Below are positions 47,626 to 58,758 of a stretch of DNA of 64,000 nucleotides, piece after piece. The notes under the pieces were generated by a model, which did not search any database, was not told the origin of the DNA, and saw nothing but the letters and a program-made list of their open reading frames with translations. The DNA comes from a virus: positions 31,325-95,324 of the IMG/VR virus record IMGVR_UViG_3300027573_000023; one strand, 5' to 3'. The first letter of the stretch is position 1. Every line of letters starts with the position of its first letter. The position numbers were made by a program, and so were the translations under genes.

Positions 47626-48698
47626 TTACTTATTCTGCATCTCACTAATCTTATTAGATAATTCAGCTGCATATTTCTTTCTCTTTAAAGCATACTCCTC
47701 GAATGTTATATTATTATTACAAGGAGTAACCTGTAATAGACAGGCTAGTTTAAATGGACTAAATTTATTGTCTACACTATAGATTTTGGGATATACCTCT
47801 ACTGTTGTCTCCAGGAGTAAATAAGGATTACCAATTGGATCCTCACTTAAATTAGGAACAAAGTCAAATCTACCCACACCTATGCGCATAACTTTCTTAA
47901 ATAGTATGTCTCTTAATCCTTTAGTCATAGTACAACTATTTAATGTAGAATCTTTAAAATCAATGGCCTTAATGACTTTGTTATCTAAATCCAAAATTAT
48001 TTTTGCTTTTGCTTTCATTTATTTTAATGTTTTTAGCTTTATTTCTATTGTACTTTGTCTGAACAAATATTAAATCCTTGACATCAGTCCAAAAATCCTT
48101 TTTAGTAGTTCTGGTCATCAATCTAGCTCTGTCTCCTTTAATCTCAACCAATATGAATCTCATTCTATGGTCAGATTGCCATTTAGTGTGATAATTACAA
48201 CCCACTACTATTTGATTCTCTAAACTCTCCATATTATTTTAATAAATTATCTAATTCATCAAAAATTTCAGAAGCCATAACTCTTAAACTTGCAATTCTT
48301 GTTCTATCCTTTGTAAAATTGGAATATTTTAACTTAAGAATACGTATTTTAGCTGTAAGCTTATCAAGATCTTCCTTACCTTCAAGACTTTTATTATGTG
48401 CCAAATGAAATTCTATCTCATTACGCAATTTAGTCTTAAAGTCTAGTTCATCTTTCAGTCCTTTAATCTCTAATTCAATCTTATTAAAACATTCTTTAAG
48501 CTTTTGACGAGTGTTCTTAATTCCTTTAAATTCCTTACTATTAAAATCAACATCTTTATATTGATTTTTAAGGTGACTCAATGAGTTTTGAAGATCCATT
48601 TTTCTTTTAATTAAAGCACTTCTTTTAGCTTTTATATCTAAAATAAGACCATCAATCATCAATAAATCTTTTTTAGTGGGGTTAAATTCTTTCTCCAT
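47626..48698 (-). CDS. Three hypothetical proteins (47626..48018, 47981..48232, 48234..48698 coiled coil)
   Basis: Packed ORFs on the coding strand. Confidence 0.55.
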
Positions 48699-48778
48699 AC
48701 TATTTATTATTTCTAGTTATAGCAAATAGCCAGGCCCCTACTAAGAGGCCTGCTAGTATACAAATAAAATCTGCCATA

Positions 48779-49153
48779 TTAATAACTGTTATAAATCAGT
48801 TCATCAATATCCTCATCAGTTAATGGTATCTCCATTATATTAGGCACATTACTTTGTAATGATCTAATATGCTTAAATAATGGATGTTTAGTATTAATTC
48901 TTTTATAATTACTACCCATTATCATATGTACTTCTTTACCATCAGAGACTATATCGCCTACACATGTGCTGCGTACACCATATTCTCTGTAATCAGCATT
49001 GAAATCATTCTGCGCCTGATAAAAGCTACGCACTAGATTTTCAGCTCTTACTGAACCAATAAACTCATAGTCTTTATCAAGACTACAGTCTAAATTTAAT
49101 CTTCCATTCTTAGGATGGAAAATATTGTACTGTTTGATTGTTGTTATACTCAT
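48779..49153 (-). CDS. YodL-like domain protein
   Basis: RSTCVGDIV resembles the RSxSVGDVV signature. Confidence 0.5.
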   Translation of the reverse strand: MSITTIKQYNIFHPKNGRLNLDCSLDKDYEFIGSVRAENLVRSFYQAQNDFNADYREYGVRSTCVGDIVSDGKEVHMIMGSNYKRINTKHPLFKHIRSLQSNVPNIMEIPLTDEDIDELIYNSY

Positions 49154-49638
49154 CGTTTTTGTTGTTTGTTTATTCTTAATAGTTCTTCTTCGTATGCTTT
49201 GTGTGCCTCTTCTTCATCCTCAAAATAGCCTAAGTGCTTGCTTCCACCATCAACTGTTATTGTAGCATGCCAACACTCATCTCTAGTATACCAATGTACA
49301 CCAGTATAAACACTGGTATGTGGTATATGTTTTCTATCACAACTCTCTCTTTTAGTGACAATCAAAAGATTATCAGCACTATCTGAACGAGTATTATAAT
49401 CCTTGTATTTAACCACTAAATCACTACTAGGGTCATAACCTAAAAATAGCTGAGCTACTAATGATCTAATGGTATATGGTTTATAGTCACCCTTAATAGA
49501 AAGATTAATACATCTATATCCTTTAATGATAAATGTCTTTAATATTCTACCAGTTTTATGGTTCATAACCTTTCCTGTATTGGACACACTATAATTAGTA
49601 GTACCATATTTTATCCAAACTTCCATTAGTTCAAACAA
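49150..49638 (-). CDS. NUMOD4-HNH-AP2 endonuclease homologue with degenerate HNH
   Basis: YSVSNTGKV (NUMOD4); TSVYTGVHW...W.A.I...HLGYF..EEEAH.AY (AP2). Confidence 0.8.
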   Translation of the reverse strand: MFELMEVWIKYGTTNYSVSNTGKVMNHKTGRILKTFIIKGYRCINLSIKGDYKPYTIRSLVAQLFLGYDPSSDLVVKYKDYNTRSDSADNLLIVTKRESCDRKHIPHTSVYTGVHWYTRDECWHATITVDGGSKHLGYFEDEEEAHKAYEEELLRINKQQKR

Positions 49639-52600
49639 ATTACAGGATAGTTCATATATTGGGCATTAGACATAGCATCGTGTGCTATACATGCTGGTAC
49701 ATCATCTTCATCTCCTTCAAAAATGAGATGAAAATATAAACCACCATCTATTCCTGTTTTAGCCCACCAAAACAGTACTGGTTTAGTTTCTCTTTCCATT
49801 ATTACGTATATTATTAAATAATAAAAAAAGCACATAAAACTTCTCACAAACGTGGTGAGCATAGAAACTGTGCTTTGATTCTATCCCTAGAATATTTTTT
49901 AAACTTTCCCCAAAGTTAAAACTTAGCATACCTACTATGCTGTGCATTTTACACCTAAAACTCGTAGCCCTATTAAATAAACTTAGTATGATTTGTCGAT
50001 AATCGAAGTTTACTACAAGAAAAACTGGTGTTCTCAATGTCTTGAAAGGTTATTGAGTTTTTAACGTACAAACGTGGCACGTATAAGTTAGCAGGGCTGA
50101 TTACACATATAAATCTTAAAAACATATGAAAACAAATTTATACCAGCCCTGCCTAATAGATATTATCTATGGTAAATACCAAAAACCATAGACATTCTCT
50201 ATTATAATATTGTCCAAAGATAAGACATAGCTATAATAACAGCATTAACAATTACTATTGCTCTAAATACTGCACTATTTACCCTTCTTTTATGTATTTT
50301 CTCAGCGTAATTAAGTATTTGATCACGCTTCCAGGCATCCAATTCAGGCATGCCCAATAAATATTTCCTAAACTCATCTCTCATTGTCCTCTATTTTATA
50401 TTTACGATATAAACGTCTGATATATTGAGCTATACAAATAGACAATATAGTACCATATGCTATAAAAATAAGCTTTTGATATTGTTCAAACAACTCAAAT
50501 GTACACTCACCATACTTAATACCCATACCTATCCATGTTACCACAATAGTAAATAGGGTACAAGACAAAAAGATAGCAAAGATGCCCACAAGGGCCTCTA
50601 TTGCTATCCATATCTTCTTCCATATATTCCAATTATCCCTTACCATGAGACTCAAGAATACGTCTACAGTCATCATCTGTAGCTGGTTCAACAATTATAG
50701 TGTCAACTAATGTACACTTGACAACCATCAGTTCACCATCTTCAGGGATATTTTTATCTAACCCATTGAATCTAATAACTACGTTATGTTCTGTATCTAC
50801 AGATTTTGTTTTTTGTACAAAATTACCACTATGTGAACGTTTGTTACATCCAATTAGTAATACAGCCAATGCTGCAATAAGTATTGCTTTCTTCATAATT
50901 AATAATGTTGTTTAGGATTATCACTTCTTTTTTTTCTTCTGATGCCAAATAATAGACAAACTATTAAATTCACCATGGCTACAATATTTAGCCAAAAATA
51001 CATATCATCTGATGTATCTTCCATATAGGCCATACATCCTGATATAAAGGCAAGAACAATGCTGAATATGCACCATATCTCCCAATACTCTCTTCTACTG
51101 TAATTTTTCTTCATCTTCATTATGATTATAATTAATAAACCATACAAAGTTAACAACTCCCCAAAATAAATAGGCCCACGTCACTAAAATTAACACAGCA
51201 GAATTACAACAAAATGAATATGTGTATATAATATTCCAATCATTTATATGTAATATAATCAGATTAAATATCAATACTATTATAAACATCATTAAAAATG
51301 ACCATCTTGGTCTTCTCTTTCTCTCTTCCATTATAAATAAGATTTAAGTTTATCCATTAATCTCTCCAATTTAGTACGTGGTGTACCAAATGTAAACTCT
51401 CTAGTTACACTACTACCTACAACAGGATGAAATCTAAGTGTGCATTTATATCCACATTTAATTAAATCTTTTTTCCTAATTACAAGTATAGCATACATCT
51501 GACCAAATGTTAACCAATGGTAATCCATACCAAGACTGCCTTCCATTTGTATAACACCAATATGCCTAATTGACATATCTATTACAGCATCTCCCCATTT
51601 ATCAATGATAATACTATTGACATGAGCATAAGGATGAGATCCAGGTTGATATTGTGTATGAGCATTATATGGGCTCAAAGGCGCCTTCATAAGCGCCTCA
51701 TAAGCCAATTTAACCTCAATAAACTTATCATTATCTCCTCCAGGTATATCTGGATGACACTGCATAGCCAAACTACGATATGCCCTCTTAATAACCTTCT
51801 TATCTTCTGTCTGAGGAATACCTAAAACCTTATAATATTCAGTCATATACTATATAGATTTATAAGTTACAAATTCTCCTAAATCATGATAATATATATT
51901 ATGAACAAGTTCATAGTTTATATTACCATTAAATGGAACAACTATTCTATCCTCTTGACCTAATAGCCATTCATATATGCTATTAGCATAGCCAACTGTA
52001 ATCTCTGTACAGTCATCTAATATTATTATTATTCTTTTCATTGATTAGATTTATTTCTATAAATGTATATTGTATCTTCACCCTTAATATGTATTAATGG
52101 CTCTATTCTTTCATCAGATATTACTACAGGCGCAGTAGTTTCATAATGATATGCTGTATAACAACCAGCTATTAGCTCTAATATAATAAATATTAGCATT
52201 GCCATAAATAATATAACGTGTATTCTTACATATCCACTCATAATTCTTTCTTTTTACGTCCTTTACCATGGTTAGGTCCATATCCTTTCTTTCTGTATGC
52301 ACTTGGAGCCTGATTAGCCTCCATAAGCTCAGAATAATATTCTCTTAATTCTCTGTCCTTCAATGAATGAATGTGTTCACTCATAGTTATCTCCTTTAAT
52401 AATACTCTGGTCAATGCTATTATTTCTAATGCATAGTTATTAGCAGCAGCTCTAACACCATCTATTCTGATGATGTTAGCTCTGCAATTATTAGCTAATG
52501 TATATATTTCTTCAAGGATGACATCACGTTGTGCGTTATTTAATGCCATATTAATGTTCTTTGTTTTCTTCTATTACACTTAAACCATAGTTTATTGCAC

Positions 52601-54876
52601 CAAATAGTACAATAACTATTAACCAGGCCATAGGCTCAGGCATACTGTCTTTAATAACACTGCCAAACCATATACAAAATGCAAATCCACATAAAAATAG
52701 TATTGCTTTCATATTATTATCTATTAAGCAGGAATGGAACACCCTTTCCTGCTTGATTAAACTTGTCTAATAAATATCTCTGTACACCAAACACATTTAT
52801 TTGTCTGTTAATTCTCTTGTGATCAACATCTAAATCAGTAGATATATAAACACAGAAATTAAATAACCATTCTCCAGCCTTATAGACCATAGAACCTGCA
52901 ACATAAACTAGCACTGCACTAATTATAATTAAATATTTCATCTCTTTAAAGGAATTAAGTTAGTTTTTATTTTATAATACACACCATTATGTGACCAAAC
53001 AGTAGTATACTGTTCATTATCATCTAATTCAGTCTGCATTTCAAACTTAGGACTCTGTGTAATACCCATTAAATCATAATAGGTTGTCTCAACACATTCA
53101 GCTAAATCTATTGTCTCCATCTCTCAAATATATTAAGCTTTAGACACATAGCTAACAATCTAATGGCTATCATAGGTAATAACCAATAACAGAATGTATC
53201 AAATACACCCAGTTTCCAAGATAATAGGGCTATTGCAACAATGCAAAGCCCTATACATACTAATATTAATTTAATAGCAACACTCATTAGTTCATCTTGA
53301 TTTTACATTCCTGTATATTCTCAAAAGTTCTAATTGCTGCACGAGCTATTGCATCAAATACAAATTGATTACCATATTTCTCTACACATATAGACATAAG
53401 CTTATCAGAAAGCTCTATTTCATCTGCTTTATGTACATTAAATATGAAATCTAACATTTCTATATATTCTAATGTTAGTATTGCTCTTGGATTACCTTTA
53501 AATTTCTTTATTAAATCCTCTAATAATAAATTGATACCACTCATAATGATAATTGTTTGATTAAGTTTATAAATAAAAATGTCCTCTTGGGTGATATTAA
53601 CGTGCTAAACCCAGCATATAAAGCACATGTGTGTTGTTCATCATAGACTTCAGACATTGTCCAATGATTACTCTTTCATAAAATTAAACGTAAGCGTTAA
53701 TAAAGGCTCTCTGAATTCTATTAAAATTCTTAGTATTACGCATTTCATCACAAGGATGAATATAAGCATACGCAATATTACTACCTTCCCCATTGTATAT
53801 CAATTTGTCAAAATAATCATCTCCATATAAATCAAGAGTGACATTCATCATATCAATATCTATCTTCTGTACCATCTCTCCTATTCCTGCAGAGATGGTA
53901 TCAAAAGTCATTACAAATTCTTTTCCTTTAAATCTGTTCATAAGTCTACTAAATTATTTAAATCAAGTTCTTGAAAAGATTTATACACCTCCATCATTAC
54001 TATTCTATCATAGTGAACAATGGTATTGCCCAATGGATATATCATTAACAAATCAAATGCTAATTCATCATTAACACTAAATATCGCAATGATATTACCA
54101 TAAACATCAATATGATGGATATATAGTCCATCAACCATTACATATCCACTTCTAACGTACTTGGCCAACATATTCCTTAACATTAAATGTCAATGTAGAA
54201 TGACACACACCAAATAGTCTCTCATCATATCTAACAGTTATTTCAAACCTTCTGATTAGACTAACCCTTACAATGTTGCTAGAAGCAACAAGAAGACCCT
54301 GCTTACTAAAGCGTGGTCTTCTGTTTCTTTTAGTATTCATTATAGTTTTTCAATATTATATACATTATCAGCCTCCATAACCTTATTCATCTTATCTGCA
54401 GCATCAGCATACATATTCTGAGCAGCCATTTCTCTTTTCTTACCTTCACTCACATAAGGCTTCTCAGTATGATATTGTTGCCAATTAGCCAATGACATAC
54501 TATCTCTCTTAATCTCAATATCATCAAGAAGAATAGATAATCTAACAGCATCTTTCTCATCATAACTACATGTTAATGCCTTATAGTTATCCTTATTAAT
54601 ACTGCTCTTAACAATAGCCTTTGGAAAATACTCATAAACAGTTTTATTCTGTTCATAAGTAAACTCAACCTTATCCTCCCATTTATTATAACCTGTAAGA
54701 GTACATAATATATCTTTTCTCCAAATATAATGAGGAACAGAAGGCGCAACGTATAGCCCACATAATATCTCTACTGCTAAAGAAGGATTTGGCGTCGAGT
54801 TAATAATATCTTCCAACAAATCAATATTAACATTAGTTAATGTAACACTCAATAGTTTTCTTTCTATGTTATTCAT
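49626..54876 (-). other. Cluster of about 20 small early/accessory ORFs, many with TM helices, including a putative lipoprotein at 50633..50896
   Basis: Dense, co-oriented 60-180 aa ORFs with overlapping starts and stops. Confidence 0.6.
51331..51846 (-). CDS. DnaJ (J-domain) protein
   Basis: YYKVLGI...IKRAYRSLA...HPD...F.EV..AYE.L. Confidence 0.9.
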   Translation of the reverse strand: MTEYYKVLGIPQTEDKKVIKRAYRSLAMQCHPDIPGGDNDKFIEVKLAYEALMKAPLSPYNAHTQYQPGSHPYAHVNSIIIDKWGDAVIDMSIRHIGVIQMEGSLGMDYHWLTFGQMYAILVIRKKDLIKCGYKCTLRFHPVVGSSVTREFTFGTPRTKLERLMDKLKSYL

Positions 54877-55166
54877 GGTATTTTGCTACACTATAGTAGT
54901 AACTTCACTTGTTTTTGATAGCATTTCTTCAATGATAATGCTATATTTAATTGATTATTTGATTGTTTTTATGCTTTTATTCAGTACTCTTTATTCCCAT
55001 ACACGTATTCGTGTACTATTTATTCTCACTCAAACTCCCTTTTCATTGCATTATTCTCATACGCCTCGCCGTAGAAAGTTTGATTTATTGCATTATTCGC
55101 AATAATTAGCATAATGAGCGTTAGCAACACGCTCATCACACTAATTCAAACAACACAATCAAACAA

Positions 55167-55190
55167 TTCTACCTATATATATAGGTAGAA
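55167..55190. repeat. 24-bp perfect palindrome
   Basis: TTCTACCTATAT-ATATAGGTAGAA. Confidence 0.9.
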
Positions 55191-55275
55191 AATATTATTA
55201 ATAATACAGATGGATGACAAAGCCCACCCTTTGATGCGTACATCCCACCCCTATACACAAAGCCTAAAGGCTTCG

Positions 55276-55683
55276 CTATGCGAAGTCTTCAGGCGTTAAT
55301 GCTTTCGAGTTCTGAATGAACTCGACAGTAAACGCTTTGCGTTTCTGTTTAGTGTAATGAGCCTTGTCAGCTCGAGATATCGAGAGATGACCAAGGAACT
55401 CGTAGCCATCGTCTGTTATGTTTAACATAACAGTATCAAGGTTGTCTGCATCGAGGTCGAGACAGAATGGATCGTCCTCGATGACAGTAAAACCTTTGCC
55501 TTTATAAAGGAAAGTGCGATAGCTCTTTCCTTCATAACGAGAACCCTTTTGGGTTTTCGTTGGGTCGTATGGTTTCGTGCCTGATAAGGCACGAATCATT
55601 AAACAATCATCGATATCTAATTCAAGATAGTTATCGACAGTTTCAGTTTGTTCTGTGGCTGGTTTTTTGTTTTGCTTTGCCAT
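55276..55683 (-). CDS. First gene of the leftward arm; hypothetical and CpG-rich
   Basis: 135-aa ORF with composition unlike the rest of the window. Confidence 0.75.
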   Translation of the reverse strand: MAKQNKKPATEQTETVDNYLELDIDDCLMIRALSGTKPYDPTKTQKGSRYEGKSYRTFLYKGKGFTVIEDDPFCLDLDADNLDTVMLNITDDGYEFLGHLSISRADKAHYTKQKRKAFTVEFIQNSKALTPEDFA

Positions 55684-55837
55684 TGTATTAATTATTTATT
55701 AGTTTATAATTTAGTGGGGCGCATGCCCCACTTTCCCAATCCCAGGTGGGGTGGTGGTTGGAAGTACCCATATCTCTCACTCTCATAAACCAAAAAAAAT
55801 TTCCAAAAAAAAATTTTTTAACCAAGTCAATTATTCC

Positions 55838-55845
55838 TACCTTTG
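55838..55845 (+). promoter_or_regulatory. Bacteroidota -7 box (TACCTTTG) for the head operon
   Basis: Matches TAnnTTTG, 17 nt before the ATG at 55863. Confidence 0.6.
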
Positions 55846-55862
55846 TTATAATCAATTACATT

Positions 55863-56294
55863 ATGGAAACAATGACCATTCAGAAATTAGAAAAGGATTC
55901 CAGCAACAGATTGGAAAAAGCCCAACGCTATTATGCCCTCATTTCAGCCCTGAACAATCTGTTCCTGACAGAAAGAGAAATTCAGCTGATAGCATTCTCA
56001 GCAGTGCGAGGATCAATATCTTTCGCAACTGTCAGAGAGGACTTTTGCACACTCTACAATTCATCATTCCCTACTATTAATAATATAGTGTCCAAACTTA
56101 AACGTTCGCACATATTAATTAAACAAGGAAAGCAGATTGTTGTGAATCCTGCCATTGCTCTTGATTTCTCCAAGCCATTAATTCTCCAGATAACATTAAC
56201 AGTAAACAATGAACAATACCATGGAGAGACCACAGAGCATGCCCCTGAAAGAGTTCTTAGTCAAAAAACTAAGCCTAAAGTTGAACATTCCTGA
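55863..56294 (+). CDS. Winged-HTH (RepL-like) DNA-binding protein
   Basis: LTEREIQL...TINNIVSKLKR..IL.K.....VNP; start placed at METM. Confidence 0.65.
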   Translation: METMTIQKLEKDSSNRLEKAQRYYALISALNNLFLTEREIQLIAFSAVRGSISFATVREDFCTLYNSSFPTINNIVSKLKRSHILIKQGKQIVVNPAIALDFSKPLILQITLTVNNEQYHGETTEHAPERVLSQKTKPKVEHS

Positions 56295-56562
56295 AAGAAC
56301 CATTAATGCTGTGATAACAGATCAGTTCACTACAGCATTTCAGGCCACAACCAATAACAACTCTATTGAGCTGTCAGGATTTGGCAAATTTGTGTTTAAT
56401 CAGAAAAAGGCCCATGCACAAATGGCCAGATATGAGAGTCAGGTGAAATCGTTTACCACTCTTCTCGCTACAGAGGTTACACCAGGGTATAGAGCTGACT
56501 TAAATAGGAAGCTGATTAATGCGCTAAAAAATATTGAATATCTAAAACCAAAATTAATATGA
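56209..56562 (+). CDS. HU/IHF-like DNA-binding protein
   Basis: SIELSGFGKF; typical position before the terminase in crAss-like phages. Confidence 0.8.
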   Translation: MNNTMERPQSMPLKEFLVKKLSLKLNIPERTINAVITDQFTTAFQATTNNNSIELSGFGKFVFNQKKAHAQMARYESQVKSFTTLLATEVTPGYRADLNRKLINALKNIEYLKPKLI

Positions 56563-56861
56563 GCTTAGCAAAGATATACGAGGGCTGGAAAAACCATCTT
56601 CTGCCTTCTTCCTCTCTGAGGAATGTGATAAACCAGGTATCTGAAGAAAGGTTGGCAATATGTAGAGCATGTCCTCTGCATTCAAGTAACAAAGAAGGAT
56701 ATACAACAGTAAGAGTGGACGAACATTGTACAGAATGTGGATGCTCCTTACTTCCTAAAACTAAATGCTTGTCCTGTAGTTGTCCAGTGGACAAGTGGAC
56801 AAGTGAATTAACTTCTGAAGAGGAACAACAAATTAAAAATGAAGAGAATATTCAAGGTTGA
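56559..56861 (+). CDS. Cys-rich Zn-finger protein
   Basis: RLAICRACP...CTECGC....K......CP..KW. Confidence 0.75.
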   Translation: MSLAKIYEGWKNHLLPSSSLRNVINQVSEERLAICRACPLHSSNKEGYTTVRVDEHCTECGCSLLPKTKCLSCSCPVDKWTSELTSEEEQQIKNEENIQG

Positions 56862-57567
56862 GAAATTGGAACTGGAGGTTCTAATAGATCTACTGATTTC
56901 ACTATATGAATCAGGAATAGATTATGTGGATATGTCAAGCGATAATTCAAATCCTGCACAGGATAAACTGATTATACAGACAAAAGACAGCTACATTAAT
57001 CCCAAATGGCAAGAAGGAGATATAAGAGATAATGTATTCATCAAAGGAGAGAGTGATGACGATGATGACGATGATGATGATGAAGACTTTGACAAGCCTT
57101 CTTCCCAAATAGAGATACGAAAACTAACAGATGATGATATAAACGAATTGTTATGAAAAATCCAATATACGCTTTAACCATTAGTAAAGCCATAATAACA
57201 TTAAATAAAGAATTCCCTGGTATACCAATTGGGGAACACATTGCTAATGCTCTACAAGGACTGGACATCTATAATATTATGGATAAGGATTTAGCTGATA
57301 TGCTGACTACCTATATTGATGATATTACATTAGATGATTTTTACAGACATAATGTAGAATCAGATTATCCATCAGATGAGTGATATAACCAGATATGAGT
57401 TGTTGCAAAGTATAGCGTCTAGAAAGGGAGAGATAGAACGCATAGAAACAGCTATATCTGAGTTACTGAAAAAAGTCAAACAATTAAATAAACAAAAGGA
57501 GGAACTCAGGAATCTAAATTTTCTTGATGCAATCCTTATAAACGAACTAGATAATGGCACTGACTAA
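56839..57567 (+). CDS. Three small hypothetical proteins (56839..57156 with a poly-Asp tract, 57153..57383, 57376..57567)
   Basis: Coupled ORFs. Confidence 0.6.
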
Positions 57568-57871
57568 TAAGACATACATCAATACAGAGCTAGATTGGGC
57601 TGAAAGCCAGCTTTCCTCATGGAAAGCATATGTTGATGCTAATCCTCTGCATACTCTTGCAGACAGAATTGAATGGAAACCCACAGCTAAGGGAGGTGCG
57701 ATTCCTATGGTTATTGCTTCCATAGAAGCGCAGGGTAAATTTGTCCAGGAAACTATGAAAAACTATCTGGCCCTACTAGAAGTAGTGGATAAGCTGAGAG
57801 AAAAAGAGGGTGCTAAAAAAGAAGCTAGAGGACAAAGCACTGTTCCTCATAGAATGCAAACCCCAGAATAA
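57554..57871 (+). CDS. Pre-terminase protein, possibly terminase small subunit
   Basis: Helical, 105 aa, coupled to terL; assigned by position only. Confidence 0.45.
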   Translation: MALTNKTYINTELDWAESQLSSWKAYVDANPLHTLADRIEWKPTAKGGAIPMVIASIEAQGKFVQETMKNYLALLEVVDKLREKEGAKKEARGQSTVPHRMQTPE

Positions 57872-58758
57872 TGGAAATTAAATCTACAGAGTTCTTCAAG
57901 AACTTAAAGTCACTTCCCCCACCAGGAACCCAGGAATTTCAGGATCTTATCAAGTGGGAAGAAGAAAAAATTAAAGGTGGAGTCACTATAAATGGCGTGT
58001 ACATTTCTGGTTGGCTCTATTGGCATTTAAATCATTGGTGGATTAGAATTGATGATAAGGATGAGTATGGCAATGATGTCAGAATCACATCCCTGCCAGA
58101 ACTTCGTGATAATGAGTGGATTAGAGCTGAGACGCTTGAGGCCTGCAAAAGGAATAAAGAAGGTTATATGGAGGTGGGTGGAAGACAAGGTGGAAAGTCT
58201 GAAATGGAGGCTTCCTACTTTGGAATGAATGCAACATTATTTGAGAATACCCAAAACGTAATTATATGTGGAAACGACTATGACCTTTCACTACTGAAGG
58301 ATAAGGTAGACTTTGGGATGAAAAATCTCTGGAAAGGCATTGCGATACCACGTTTGGATAAAACCTGGCGCTCCAACCAAATACGTTTAGGATATAAAAA
58401 GCCTGATGGGGAGGATGCGATTTGGAGCTACATTGTTATTCGTAATGCTAAGGATGGTAATGTAACAGAAGTGGCAGCAGGTACCACAGCTAAGTCCTTA
58501 ATAATGGATGAGGTAGGGAAATATCCTTTCGCTGCCACGTTTAAAGCTGGGGAACCAGCAATTAAAGGGTCCAATGGATGGAGAGCTGTACCAATCTTAG
58601 TAGGAACAGGGGGATCATTTGACAGAGGACAAGATGCAGAAAATTTCTTTTATAATCCACGAGCTAATAACTTTCATGCGATACTGGATCCTGTTAGCAT
58701 AGGGAAACTGGTTTATTTCTTTCTGGTGTATATCGTCAGGATTGCAAGAAAGAAATGA
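57871..58758 (+). CDS. terL: Terminase large subunit, N-terminal ATPase part
   Basis: GGRQGGKS Walker A, IMDEVGK Walker B, GTGG. Confidence 0.9.
   Translation: MEIKSTEFFKNLKSLPPPGTQEFQDLIKWEEEKIKGGVTINGVYISGWLYWHLNHWWIRIDDKDEYGNDVRITSLPELRDNEWIRAETLEACKRNKEGYMEVGGRQGGKSEMEASYFGMNATLFENTQNVIICGNDYDLSLLKDKVDFGMKNLWKGIAIPRLDKTWRSNQIRLGYKKPDGEDAIWSYIVIRNAKDGNVTEVAAGTTAKSLIMDEVGKYPFAATFKAGEPAIKGSNGWRAVPILVGTGGSFDRGQDAENFFYNPRANNFHAILDPVSIGKLVYFFLVYIVRIARKK

Noticed and set aside
10285-48073. Numerous short plus-strand ORFs within the minus-strand block
   Set aside because: They lie antisense to well-supported genes and have no recognisable motifs.
57054-57085. GAT/GAC trinucleotide repeat
   Set aside because: Simply encodes a poly-Asp tract.
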